From IMG/VR virus record IMGVR_UViG_3300025894_001089: a stretch of 64,000 bases of DNA; one strand, 5' to 3'. The stretch is from an uncultured virus (IMG/VR IMGVR_UViG_3300025894_001089) (lineage: Duplodnaviria > Heunggongvirae > Uroviricota > Caudoviricetes). Each line of letters begins with the position of its first letter. Positions within the stretch are counted from its first letter, which is position 1. The notes beneath the pieces were generated by a model. That model made no database searches. It saw only the letters and a list, made by a program, of their open reading frames with translations, and had not been told where the DNA came from. Made by a program: the position numbers and the translations under genes. Positions 55,345-64,000 of this stretch are shown here, in pieces.

Positions 55345-57567
55345 ATGATATTTGGTTATTTTACATTAATATCCGCCCTGATTATAAGTGGTATAGCGGC
55401 CTACTATTCAATTATTGGTTTGACTGCTATATTCGCGGCGGCACTAGTACCTATTATTGTTATGGGCGTTGCCCTTGAACTAGGTAAAGTTGTGTCAGCT
55501 GTATGGCTACATCGAAATTGGCACCAAGCAAGAATATGGATGCGAGGATACTTAACCTTTGCAACCATAGTACTAATGTTCATTACAAGTATGGGCATAT
55601 TTGGTTTTCTAAGTAAAGCACATATTGAACAAACGAGTGCAAGTCAAGAAAGTGTAGCTCAGATCGAGCGAATTGTAACGGAAATAGCCCGTCAAAATAG
55701 TATTATTGAACGATCCGATAATAAAATTAAGAAACTAGAAACTACTGGGACTGGAACAGATGCTAATATCCAATCTCAAATTGACAAGGAACAAAAACGT
55801 ATTGACAGTGCATATAGTCGTGTAAAACCGGCTATCGACGAACAACAACTAATTATCGATTCGCAGGCAGAAATATACAAAACTGAATTACAAAAAATTG
55901 ATAATCAACTTCTTGCATTACAATCATATATTGAAGCAGGCGAAATCAAAAAAGCACAACAAATGGTAGGCTCTAAAGCAGACGGACAGTTTGGTCCAAA
56001 GACTGCTAAGGCGTTTACAGAGTTCCAAGAAAGAAAAACACTTGACAGGTCCAAGTTGCTAACAAAAATTGAAAACTCAATTAATGATGAAAGAGCAACA
56101 GCGGCACGTGAAGAAATCAAACGTTTACGTAAATCAGTTGAAACTCAGATTGCTGACAGTAATAAGTTAATTAAGAAGTTACGCAATAAGATTTCAGCCG
56201 TTGATACCAATGATGATATTGAAGGACAGATAGATGCTTTTAGACTTAAGATCAATGACGCAAATACAAAGATTGATACGTTAACAGAGCAAAAATATAC
56301 TATTGAAACTGAATATCGTAAACTTGAAGCCGAAGTAGGTCCTGTAAAATATATTGCAGAATTTATATACGGTGAAACCGCAGATCGTACTATGCTTGAA
56401 GATGCAGTACGTTGGGTTATTGTAATACTTGTATTAGTATTTGACCCGCTGGCTATTTGTTTAATATTGGCTGGTACTCAACAAATCATATGGGGCCGTA
56501 GGCTCAAAGCTGAGACTGTTGAAAAGCCAGACGATCATCCAGATCCAGAACCTGAAAAGGAAACGGATCATGATCCAGAAGAGGATGAGGACCAACAAGA
56601 AAAACATCTAGACGCCGATGAAGTCTCCGGCGAACCAAAGAGACTTCAGCTTGAATTGGATCAAGCTACATCTGACTTACACCTTGCCGCGGAACTAGCC
56701 GCTGAATTTGAGAGCCGTAATCAACAAGCGGAAACTAGGATTGCTGAATTGGAGAGCGCCTTGGCGCAGGCGGAAGGTGAAGACACACCTATAGAGGATA
56801 CAATCATTGAAGAGATTGAAGTTCATGGTGTGGAAATTGACGAACCTGAATACGTTGCTATTGATGAAGATTTAGATGAGACCAAAGAACCGCCAATGCC
56901 TGAGCCTTCTGAAAAGTTTCAGAATACTGTTTGGCCGGAAGAACTAGATAAAGATCCAGTAGCAGAAGTTGATTCAGCAATTGAAGAAGTGATTGAAGAA
57001 ATCGTTATTGAGGATGTTACAAACGAAAGTACGGAAGAACAAATCGAAGACAAAGTACAAGAAGAAGTACAAGAAGTTTCTGATTTGGAAAGTGTCGCAC
57101 CAGACGAAACCAGGGAACAGTATGTCGAACCAACAACTTTGCTAGACGGTGACAGTTCAGCAACAACTGGTCCACTTTCCAAAGAAGAAAAAGAAGAAGT
57201 AGAACTGCAATTAAAAACAATTGATTACCAAAGAGGTACTGGAAAAGTATTACAAGCAAGTCCACTATTTGAAGCAAAGCCAGACAATACTACTGTAATA
57301 CAAAGTGGTTTTGGTAGTATGTTTCCAAATGACAGTAATGTTAAAAGAGGAGATATGTTTTTAAGAACAGATTATCTACCTAGTAGACTGTTCAAATTCA
57401 ATGGAGATACTTGGATAGAAACATCAAAAACTTTAAGTAACAGTTATGTATATGATACTAAGTACGTAGAGTATTTGATTGACAAACTTCAAACAGGAGA
57501 GTATGAGCTCGAAGATTTAGAAGATCAAGAACAAGAGCAAATACGAGATTATTTACAGAATGTATAG
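55345..57567 (+). CDS. Membrane-anchored coiled-coil protein with peptidoglycan-binding-like motif and acidic C-terminal region
   Basis: 3 N-terminal TMs, coiled coil, ADGQFGPKTAKA, fourth TM (VFDPLAI), E/D-rich tail. Confidence 0.7.
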   Translation: MIFGYFTLISALIISGIAAYYSIIGLTAIFAAALVPIIVMGVALELGKVVSAVWLHRNWHQARIWMRGYLTFATIVLMFITSMGIFGFLSKAHIEQTSASQESVAQIERIVTEIARQNSIIERSDNKIKKLETTGTGTDANIQSQIDKEQKRIDSAYSRVKPAIDEQQLIIDSQAEIYKTELQKIDNQLLALQSYIEAGEIKKAQQMVGSKADGQFGPKTAKAFTEFQERKTLDRSKLLTKIENSINDERATAAREEIKRLRKSVETQIADSNKLIKKLRNKISAVDTNDDIEGQIDAFRLKINDANTKIDTLTEQKYTIETEYRKLEAEVGPVKYIAEFIYGETADRTMLEDAVRWVIVILVLVFDPLAICLILAGTQQIIWGRRLKAETVEKPDDHPDPEPEKETDHDPEEDEDQQEKHLDADEVSGEPKRLQLELDQATSDLHLAAELAAEFESRNQQAETRIAELESALAQAEGEDTPIEDTIIEEIEVHGVEIDEPEYVAIDEDLDETKEPPMPEPSEKFQNTVWPEELDKDPVAEVDSAIEEVIEEIVIEDVTNESTEEQIEDKVQEEVQEVSDLESVAPDETREQYVEPTTLLDGDSSATTGPLSKEEKEEVELQLKTIDYQRGTGKVLQASPLFEAKPDNTTVIQSGFGSMFPNDSNVKRGDMFLRTDYLPSRLFKFNGDTWIETSKTLSNSYVYDTKYVEYLIDKLQTGEYELEDLEDQEQEQIRDYLQNV

Positions 57568-57943
57568 CAATTTTGTTACACCACCAGATTTTGTGGAAGA
57601 TGATTACCATAGTGTTCTTCTAATAGATCCTGTTGAATCGCAAGTAATGGACATTTCATTACTATGTAAAAGTGTTGGGTCAGATTTTAATGTCTATGTA
57701 TACCTTGATCATTACAATGACTATAAATGGTTAGAGGAAGCATTTAACAGAAGTGATTCAGTACTTATTAATACAGTACCGAATTCTAGTTCAAAAGTTA
57801 AGGATAAACTAGTTGAACATCATAAATCACAACATTACGGTCCTAAACGTTTCTTTGATAACGATAGGCGTATTGAACTTCCAATTGAGTACTTTATAAA
57901 CTATGTCAAAAAACATTCAACAAGCCAATATGCTGATTTGTAA
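57560..57943 (+). CDS. Hypothetical phage protein
   Basis: VTPPD motif; 127 aa. Confidence 0.65.
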   Translation: MYSNFVTPPDFVEDDYHSVLLIDPVESQVMDISLLCKSVGSDFNVYVYLDHYNDYKWLEEAFNRSDSVLINTVPNSSSKVKDKLVEHHKSQHYGPKRFFDNDRRIELPIEYFINYVKKHSTSQYADL

Positions 57944-59156
57944 TTTTTGCGAGAAAGCAAAAAACGAAGTCAATAAACTTATAGTCGCAGATGGTGCGGC
58001 CATTTGTAATGAATGTATAGAGACTTGCTCAGGTATTATCACTAACGAAAAGTATACCGCAAGGTACAAAAAGTCGGGTATTTTTAAGAGTCTTGACCCG
58101 CTAAGAGTTAAAAAATACCTCGATGAGTTCATCATTGGCCAGGATAGTGCAAAAGAAGCTATCAGTGTAGCAATTATAAATCATTATAAAAGACTGTTCT
58201 ATAATACAACAATTGAGTTAGAAAAAAGCAATGTTCTATTACACGGTCCAACTGGTAATGGTAAAACAATGCTGGCTAGAATTGTGGCTAAGTTTTTAGA
58301 AGTGCCTTTTGTAGTATGTGATGCTACTACACTTACTGAAGCAGGTTATATAGGCGAGGACTCAAGCAGTGTCATTGAACGATTATTAATGGCCGCTGAT
58401 GGTGACCTTGAACATGCAGAACGTGGCATTATTTTTATTGACGAGATTGACAAGATTGGTCGTGTAGCAGATGCACACGGAAGTGTTGGGCGTGACGTCG
58501 GTGGCGAAGGTGTGCAACAAAGTTTACTAAAAATACTTGAAGGCGGAGATATAAAAGTATCTTATAACGACGGAAATCATAAAGAAGAAATTGACTTTAA
58601 TACCAAAGATGTACTTTTTATTGCCGCAGGTGCTTTTCCTGATTTACAAAAGATAGCATCTAATAATGCAAATAAAGGATCAACAATAGGATTCGCATCA
58701 ACGATTCCGGATCCTAATCAAGTAGTAACTCCAAAGATAACAGATTTTGTGCAATACGGAATGATACCTGAGTTCATGGGACGGTTTCCTATTACAATAC
58801 AAGTTAAAGAATTAACTGACCACGAAATGCGTCGAGTGCTAACTGAGCCTAGAAACAATCTTATCAAACAATATTTTTTCTATTTTGATGTTGACGGTGT
58901 TAAGTTAGAATTTAGCCATGATGCTATTGATGCTGTTATAGAATTAACTGCTAAAGAAAAAATTGGAGCCAGAGGACTTCGTGCAATCATTGAAAAAGTA
59001 TTGCACCCACATATGTTCAATTTGAGAAATTTAAAAAATAGTAACGTAAAGAAACTAACTATTACAGCCGACACAGTATTAAAACAACAACAACCAATAC
59101 TTGAATACCACGACGAAAGGGGAATAGAAAATGACACAATTGAGCTTGGATCTTAG
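57903..59156 (+). CDS. clpX: ATP-dependent Clp protease ATP-binding subunit ClpX
   Basis: Zn finger CNFC...CNEC, GPTGNGKT, TEAGYIGED, IDEIDKI, RDVGGEGVQQ, IGF loop, GARGLR. Confidence 0.95.
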   Translation: MSKNIQQANMLICNFCEKAKNEVNKLIVADGAAICNECIETCSGIITNEKYTARYKKSGIFKSLDPLRVKKYLDEFIIGQDSAKEAISVAIINHYKRLFYNTTIELEKSNVLLHGPTGNGKTMLARIVAKFLEVPFVVCDATTLTEAGYIGEDSSSVIERLLMAADGDLEHAERGIIFIDEIDKIGRVADAHGSVGRDVGGEGVQQSLLKILEGGDIKVSYNDGNHKEEIDFNTKDVLFIAAGAFPDLQKIASNNANKGSTIGFASTIPDPNQVVTPKITDFVQYGMIPEFMGRFPITIQVKELTDHEMRRVLTEPRNNLIKQYFFYFDVDGVKLEFSHDAIDAVIELTAKEKIGARGLRAIIEKVLHPHMFNLRNLKNSNVKKLTITADTVLKQQQPILEYHDERGIENDTIELGS

Positions 59157-59547
59157 TATATCGGGAGACCAATATGAGTTTGACCTGGGAGACGAACCTG
59201 TTACTAATACTATCACTATCACTGCTCCTGATACGGTAAATGCATCGTTTACGTTGAATTCATCTTATGTAGGCGGTTCCACTATTACTGTACCAACGAG
59301 TAGCATTACTACCAATTCGGGTTTTAATAATTGGCTTACCACGCAAGAAAATTCAACGTTGACTGCTGATGACCTTGAAGTTCAAAATGACATTTTAATT
59401 GGTGGTAAAAGTGTAAATGCAACTCTTGAAGCTATTTGTAAGCATTTGGGAGTAATTGTACCAAAAGAAGGCGATTTAGATACGCCGGGTCTCAAAGACC
59501 TATACGAAAAGTATGAAATTTTATCCAGTTTGGTAAAAAAATCATAA
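59131..59547 (+). CDS. Hypothetical phage protein
   Basis: 138 aa, Thr/Ser-rich middle. Confidence 0.6.
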   Translation: MTQLSLDLSISGDQYEFDLGDEPVTNTITITAPDTVNASFTLNSSYVGGSTITVPTSSITTNSGFNNWLTTQENSTLTADDLEVQNDILIGGKSVNATLEAICKHLGVIVPKEGDLDTPGLKDLYEKYEILSSLVKKS

Positions 59548-59565
59548 ATAATTTTGTAGAAGCTC

Positions 59566-59594
59566 TTGACTTTTAACGTAAGAGTAACTATATT
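59566..59594 (+). promoter_or_regulatory. Sigma70-type promoter for hsp20
   Basis: TTGACT-N17-TATATT. Confidence 0.6.
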
Positions 59595-59600
59595 ATATAT

Positions 59601-59658
59601 GTAGGTGCCGATTAGCGGGCCTACTTACATTAATCTTGCTTAATAAAGGAGATAGCAA
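59601..59658 (+). promoter_or_regulatory. ROSE-like RNA thermometer in the hsp20 5' UTR
   Basis: 5' hairpin GTAGG...CCTAC; 3' hairpin TCTT[G]CTT-aata-AAGGAGA pairing the UUGCU motif with the SD and leaving a bulged G. Confidence 0.7.
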
Positions 59659-60087
59659 ATGAATAGATTAACAACTCTCGACCTCAATAAACTCACCCCA
59701 CATGCACTAGGTTTTGATAGCCTATTTGATGGACTGCTACGTCAAGTAGAACATGCTCCACAACAGGGGTTCCCACCTTATAACATTCGTCAAGATGAAA
59801 ACAAGTTTCAAATTGAAATGGCTCTCGCTGGTGTAGAACTAGATGATCTTGATATTGAAACTGCTGAAGGAGTATTGACTATAGTTCATGATCCTAAATC
59901 AGATTCTGACGAAGAAACAATGTTGCATAGAGGTATTGCAATTCGTAAATTTAAACGAAGTTTTACCCTTGCTGATGATGTACTAGTTAAAGGTGCCCGT
60001 ATGAAGAACGGTATGTTGTTCATTGAACTAGAGAAGATCATTCCTGAAGAAAAGATGCCCAAAAAGATTGCAATTTCTTCAAGCTAG
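59659..60087 (+). CDS. Small heat shock protein (Hsp20/IbpA-like)
   Basis: LGFD, FPPYNI, LHRGIA.RKFKRSFTLAD, NGML. Confidence 0.95.
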   Translation: MNRLTTLDLNKLTPHALGFDSLFDGLLRQVEHAPQQGFPPYNIRQDENKFQIEMALAGVELDDLDIETAEGVLTIVHDPKSDSDEETMLHRGIAIRKFKRSFTLADDVLVKGARMKNGMLFIELEKIIPEEKMPKKIAISSS

Positions 60088-60111
60088 TCGTATACTCAGT
60101 TAGATAAAAAG

Positions 60112-60149
60112 GTGCATAGGATCAGTTTATAATAATTGGTCCTATGCAC
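60112..60149 (+). terminator. Long hairpin after hsp20 (terminator or processing site)
   Basis: GTGCATAGGATCAGTT-tataat-AATTGGTCCTATGCAC. Confidence 0.6.
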
Positions 60150-60195
60150 TTAATTTAAGTAAATAGTATTATTAACATTTAAGGGTTATTAACTG

Positions 60196-60513
60196 ATGAC
60201 AGACGCACTACCAGAACAAGAAGTTAAGAAGAAAACTAAAGCAAAAGAAAATCTTAGAGAGCCGGTGCGTTTTCGTGTAATTTACATCAACGATGAAGTT
60301 ACCACAACTGAATTTGTTGTTGAAACATTGAAGACTATTTTTGATTATGATGAGCAACCAGCCGTTGCACTTACTCACAAAATACATCAAGATGGTCTTG
60401 CAACAGTAGCAGTATTACCTTTTGAAATGGCTGAACAAAAAGGTGTTGAAGTTACAATACTAGCACGAAATCACGGTTTCCCTTTACAAATAAAGATTGA
60501 ACCAGATCAATGA
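60196..60513 (+). CDS. clpS: Clp protease adaptor ClpS
   Basis: RVIYINDEVTTTEFVVETL...IHQDG.A...EMAEQK...FPL. Confidence 0.9.
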   Translation: MTDALPEQEVKKKTKAKENLREPVRFRVIYINDEVTTTEFVVETLKTIFDYDEQPAVALTHKIHQDGLATVAVLPFEMAEQKGVEVTILARNHGFPLQIKIEPDQ

Positions 60514-60989
60514 TATTTGCAAAAGCAAAAGAATTAAGAGATGAAGGCAAAACAGTAGGTATTACATTTAGTCAGTTTGACTTGTTACATGCAGGACATG
60601 TAGCAATGTTAAGTGAAGCTAAAAATCATTGTGATTATCTAATTGCTGGATTACAAAACGATGCCAGTGCAGTTGGACGCCCTGGTAAAAATACACCTAT
60701 TCAAAGTATAGTTGAACGACAAATTATGTTAAGCAGTCAACGTTGGGTTGATGAAATTGTTGTTTATAACACTGAGTCAGACATCGACGATATCTTACTT
60801 ACACTTCCAATTGATGTAAGAATTATTGGTGTTGAATATAAATCCAAGGGGTTTACTGGTGATCAAATCTGTAAAGATAGAAATATTAAAATAGTATACA
60901 ACACACGAGATCATAGTTTCAGTAGTTCCGGGTTACGACAACGTGTAACATTAATGGAAGAACAAAACAACCGTGAAATTATATCATGA
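60510..60989 (+). CDS. Cytidylyltransferase (TagD/glycerol-3-phosphate type)
   Basis: FDLLHAGH (HxGH), RDHSFSSS. Confidence 0.88.
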   Translation: MIFAKAKELRDEGKTVGITFSQFDLLHAGHVAMLSEAKNHCDYLIAGLQNDASAVGRPGKNTPIQSIVERQIMLSSQRWVDEIVVYNTESDIDDILLTLPIDVRIIGVEYKSKGFTGDQICKDRNIKIVYNTRDHSFSSSGLRQRVTLMEEQNNREIIS

Positions 60990-61884
60990 TGAGAATGTTC
61001 CTGATGATGCATCTGATGAACATAGAGAAGTATATCTAAAATTACCTGGAAATGAAGACTTTGAAACCATGCTTGATAAGTGTGGTGGCAAGTTAATAAA
61101 TGACCATATCTTGCACTTTCCGGTTAATGGTACTAAAACTGTTATACTCATAGCTGGTGGTCGCGGAGCATTAGAAATTCGCAAAGACTGGGATTTCCCA
61201 GCAGGACACCTAGTTCCAAGTAGTTTGGTTCCACATTTCCAAGAACAAGGATACAATGTAACACTGGTACACAGTGGCGATTATCCATTGCCTTGGCTTA
61301 TTAATGTATTATTTTCTAAGATTCCTGGATTAGTGTTAAATGATAGATTTCAATTACCAAAAGTTTGGATGGAAAAAAATGCAACTTTCAATCTTAAACG
61401 TGCATTACATGCAGTACATGTAATTAGTAAAGAACTTAAACGTGCCGTTGATATGAGCGATGTTCCAGTCTGGTTAATGGGACAATGTAGTAGTAATTAT
61501 ATTATGTCAAGATACTATCATCATTTCCAAGATACATCTCCAATCGAAGGACTTATATTTTCTGCTGTGAATAGCCCTCCTACTCAACTAGGAAAATATG
61601 CTAAAAACTATTATGATCGTTGTAATTTTTTCAGACGGGATCAGCGGGTTACAGTACCTTTACATATTATACATCATGAACTAGATATATCAGATTACAC
61701 TGATATTCCAACATGTCAGCTTATACTTGATCAATTTGAATTTGTTCAAAGCAGTTTAAATATTGTAAGTGGAGGGTACAACGAAGGTCACCCTAAAATG
61801 AACTTTGGACATCATGGATTTAGAGGAATTGAAAAAGAAATTGCCCATTTGTCAATCAAACTAATGAATTCAATTGACAACTAA
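60973..61884 (+). CDS. Alpha/beta hydrolase-like protein
   Basis: LIAGGRG, PVWLMGQCSS (atypical nucleophile elbow), HHELD, HHGFRGIE. Confidence 0.55.
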   Translation: MKLYHDENVPDDASDEHREVYLKLPGNEDFETMLDKCGGKLINDHILHFPVNGTKTVILIAGGRGALEIRKDWDFPAGHLVPSSLVPHFQEQGYNVTLVHSGDYPLPWLINVLFSKIPGLVLNDRFQLPKVWMEKNATFNLKRALHAVHVISKELKRAVDMSDVPVWLMGQCSSNYIMSRYYHHFQDTSPIEGLIFSAVNSPPTQLGKYAKNYYDRCNFFRRDQRVTVPLHIIHHELDISDYTDIPTCQLILDQFEFVQSSLNIVSGGYNEGHPKMNFGHHGFRGIEKEIAHLSIKLMNSIDN

Positions 61885-61901
61885 CTATAATGTGTTATAA
61901 T
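61874..61901 (+). promoter_or_regulatory. Sigma70-type promoter
   Basis: TTGACA-N16-TATAAT. Confidence 0.75.
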
Positions 61902-61929
61902 AAAGACTGTAATTAGATAGGAAGAATTT

Positions 61930-62460
61930 ATGGACTTAATGTTGGATATTGAAACACTAGGCACTAGACCCAAGTGTGTTGTATTAACTATTGGCGTTGT
62001 GAAGTTTGATCCTCGCAAACCCGGAACTAAACAAACATTATATTTAAAACCAAATATTGATGAACAATCAAATTTAGGTAGAGAAATACAAGAAGATACT
62101 GTAGCATGGTGGGAACAACAAGCCGACGATGTTAAAGAAGAAGCACTTAGCAATGACAATCGAATCTCAGTAACTGAAACATTAAAAGAACTTAACAAGT
62201 TTTTTGTCGGTGCTAACAATATGTGGGCTCAAGGTCCTGCATTTGATTTTGTTATTATGGAAGATCTTTACAGAGATTTTAATATGCCTACTCCTTGGAA
62301 TTTTTGGCAGATTAGAGATAGTCGTACACTATTTGGTGTACACGGCGACCCAAGGCAAAAAGGTAAAGCAGGACTACACAATGCACTAGAAGATGCAATT
62401 AGCCAAGCTGAAGCAGTACAGACAGTATTCAAACGAATAGGATTTAGTCATGCGTATTGA
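61930..62460 (+). CDS. DEDDh 3'-5' exonuclease
   Basis: MLDIETLG, WAQGPAFD, RDSRT, HNALEDA. Confidence 0.88.
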   Translation: MDLMLDIETLGTRPKCVVLTIGVVKFDPRKPGTKQTLYLKPNIDEQSNLGREIQEDTVAWWEQQADDVKEEALSNDNRISVTETLKELNKFFVGANNMWAQGPAFDFVIMEDLYRDFNMPTPWNFWQIRDSRTLFGVHGDPRQKGKAGLHNALEDAISQAEAVQTVFKRIGFSHAY

Positions 62461-63595
62461 AAGTGATGTCAAGTTAGATTATAACAATGTACTGATTAGA
62501 CCTAAACGTTCAACTCTAGGTAGTCGTAAAGAAGTTGACTTATCACGAAAATTTAAATTCCGCAACTATGGCGGAGGATTTGATCTTGGTCAATATGATT
62601 ATGAAGGCGTGCCAATTATGGCGGCTAACATGGATGGTGTTGGTACGTTTGAAATGGCTGAAACATTGGCAAAAAAGAAAATGTTTACTTGTCTTGCAAA
62701 ATCATATACCGGTGATGATATAATCAATTGGCTTAACACATCAACAAATAATATTGCTGATATATCAGACTACTTTGCATATAGCATGGGCATTGTTGAA
62801 CAGGATCTTGACAAGTTTGACTATGTTTATAGCTCTTATCCTGAAATGATTAAATACGTTTGTGTTGATGTAGCCAATGGTTATAGTGAACGATTTGTAG
62901 ACTTTATTAGAAATCTACGTAAAGAGTATCCAAACATTGTTATTATTGCAGGTAATGTAGTGACAGCAGATCAGACTCAGGAGTTGCTTCTAAATGGAGC
63001 CGACATTATTAAGGTGGGCATTGGTCCTGGTAGTGTTTGCACTACTCGTATACAGACTGGTGTGGGATATCCCCAACTTTCCGCTGTCATTGAATGTGCT
63101 GATGCGGCTCACGGTCTTGGTGGCCTTATTATCGCTGATGGTGGATGTACTTGTCCTGGAGATGTGGCAAAGGCTTTTGCAGGCGGCGCTGACTTTGTAA
63201 TGCTCGGGGGTATGTTGTCTGGACATGTTGAAGGTGGCGGCGAGGTAATTACTAAGATTTACGAAACTAACGAAGTAACTAAAACTGATGACGGATTCTT
63301 TGAATTAGTTTATGAAGAAAAACAGTTTGTACAGTTCTACGGTATGAGTAGCAAAGCCGCAAACGAAAAACACTTTGGCGGGCTTAAAGAATATCGAAGT
63401 AGCGAAGGTCGTGAAGTACTGGTTCCTTTTAAAGGAGAAGTAGGAAATACAGTACAAGATTTGTTGGGTGGTATCCGAAGTACTTGTACATATGTTGGAG
63501 CAAACAATCTTAAACAACTAAGTAAGTGTACAACTTTTATAATTGCACAAAGTCAATATAACTCTGTGTACGAACATATGGATACATCAAAATGA
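62450..63595 (+). CDS. guaC: GMP reductase
   Basis: [46 protein letters not shown]. Confidence 0.96.
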   Translation: MRIESDVKLDYNNVLIRPKRSTLGSRKEVDLSRKFKFRNYGGGFDLGQYDYEGVPIMAANMDGVGTFEMAETLAKKKMFTCLAKSYTGDDIINWLNTSTNNIADISDYFAYSMGIVEQDLDKFDYVYSSYPEMIKYVCVDVANGYSERFVDFIRNLRKEYPNIVIIAGNVVTADQTQELLLNGADIIKVGIGPGSVCTTRIQTGVGYPQLSAVIECADAAHGLGGLIIADGGCTCPGDVAKAFAGGADFVMLGGMLSGHVEGGGEVITKIYETNEVTKTDDGFFELVYEEKQFVQFYGMSSKAANEKHFGGLKEYRSSEGREVLVPFKGEVGNTVQDLLGGIRSTCTYVGANNLKQLSKCTTFIIAQSQYNSVYEHMDTSK

Positions 63596-63903
63596 ATATA
63601 ATTATTGGTAAGGAAATAGCTGAAGAGCTAGGAAAAAAGTATACAGTATTGCCTCTTGAACAACTAGAACGAGAAGGACAAATCATTGATGCTTTTTGTG
63701 TTATTCCTGCTGATAAGATTAACCTTGGCGAAATGGTTGCACTTGATGCTAACGTTAGAATGCACCATGCTTTCAATGAAGCATATGCCAACGAAGACTG
63801 GGATAAAATGAAAGAAATTGCCGAACACCTAATAGGTAAGTTTGGTGGTGAATGTGATACATTTTATGAAGAATTGCTTAATAGACAGCCCACTGAAGCA
63901 TAA
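63592..63903 (+). CDS. Hypothetical phage protein
   Basis: 103 aa; ATGA overlap with guaC. Confidence 0.65.
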   Translation: MNIIIGKEIAEELGKKYTVLPLEQLEREGQIIDAFCVIPADKINLGEMVALDANVRMHHAFNEAYANEDWDKMKEIAEHLIGKFGGECDTFYEELLNRQPTEA

Positions 63904-64000
63904 ATTAATAAATACCATTGTAAAAATCAATAACAGATTACTTAATGATCATAAGTAGTCAGAAGGAAATCAGTGATGGCTAGTAAAAATAAAAATGATA

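Noticed and set aside
164..63791. Many short alternative-frame and antisense ORFs in the ORF track (e.g. 7354-7743, 11890-12432, 36041-36487)
   Set aside because: They are shadows of well-supported genes and lack RBSs or recognisable motifs
63592..63903. Resemblance to the C-terminal part of class III adenylate cyclases
   Set aside because: Catalytic motifs are absent; impression only
1..64000. Stop-codon reassignment (common in some jumbo phages)
   Set aside because: The standard code gives intact, densely tiled full-length genes (nrdA, helicases, clpX)

Overview
AT-rich, densely coded segment, almost all on the + strand, from a large tailed dsDNA bacteriophage (jumbo, distantly T4-like/RaK2-like gene content; probably aquatic with a proteobacterial host, which is inference). 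It is not a cellular genome. From left to right: (1) 1-12.8 kb, an auxiliary-metabolic island with a VUT/YhhQ transporter, dCMP deaminase, five tandem membrane fatty-acid-desaturase paralogues, a complete TRAP transporter, a PP-loop enzyme and a TctA/TctC-like transporter pair. (2) 12.8-19 kb, an early region of small ORFs behind repeated GGTTGAC-N16/17-TATACT sigma70 promoter/RBS cassettes. (3) 19-35 kb, replication genes (UvsW-like helicase, clamp-loader-like subunit, a 192-aa family-C polymerase core, primase, replicative helicase, prs) interleaved with modification enzymes (PRMT-like methyltransferase, PIG-L, HO-like diiron enzyme, radical SAMs, SGNH-like proteins). (4) 35-47 kb, late/virion genes behind TAAATA motifs, many with an M-K-I-x-E-type N-terminus, including a nucleotidyltransferase + ligase-like pair. 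(5) 47-64 kb, nrdA/nrdB/glutaredoxin, PurS-like, PAAR, a ClpX-Hsp20-ClpS cassette with a ROSE-like RNA thermometer, a cytidylyltransferase, an exonuclease and guaC. No tRNA, rRNA, CRISPR array or IS element was recognised. All product calls rest on motifs recognised by eye, with no database searches.
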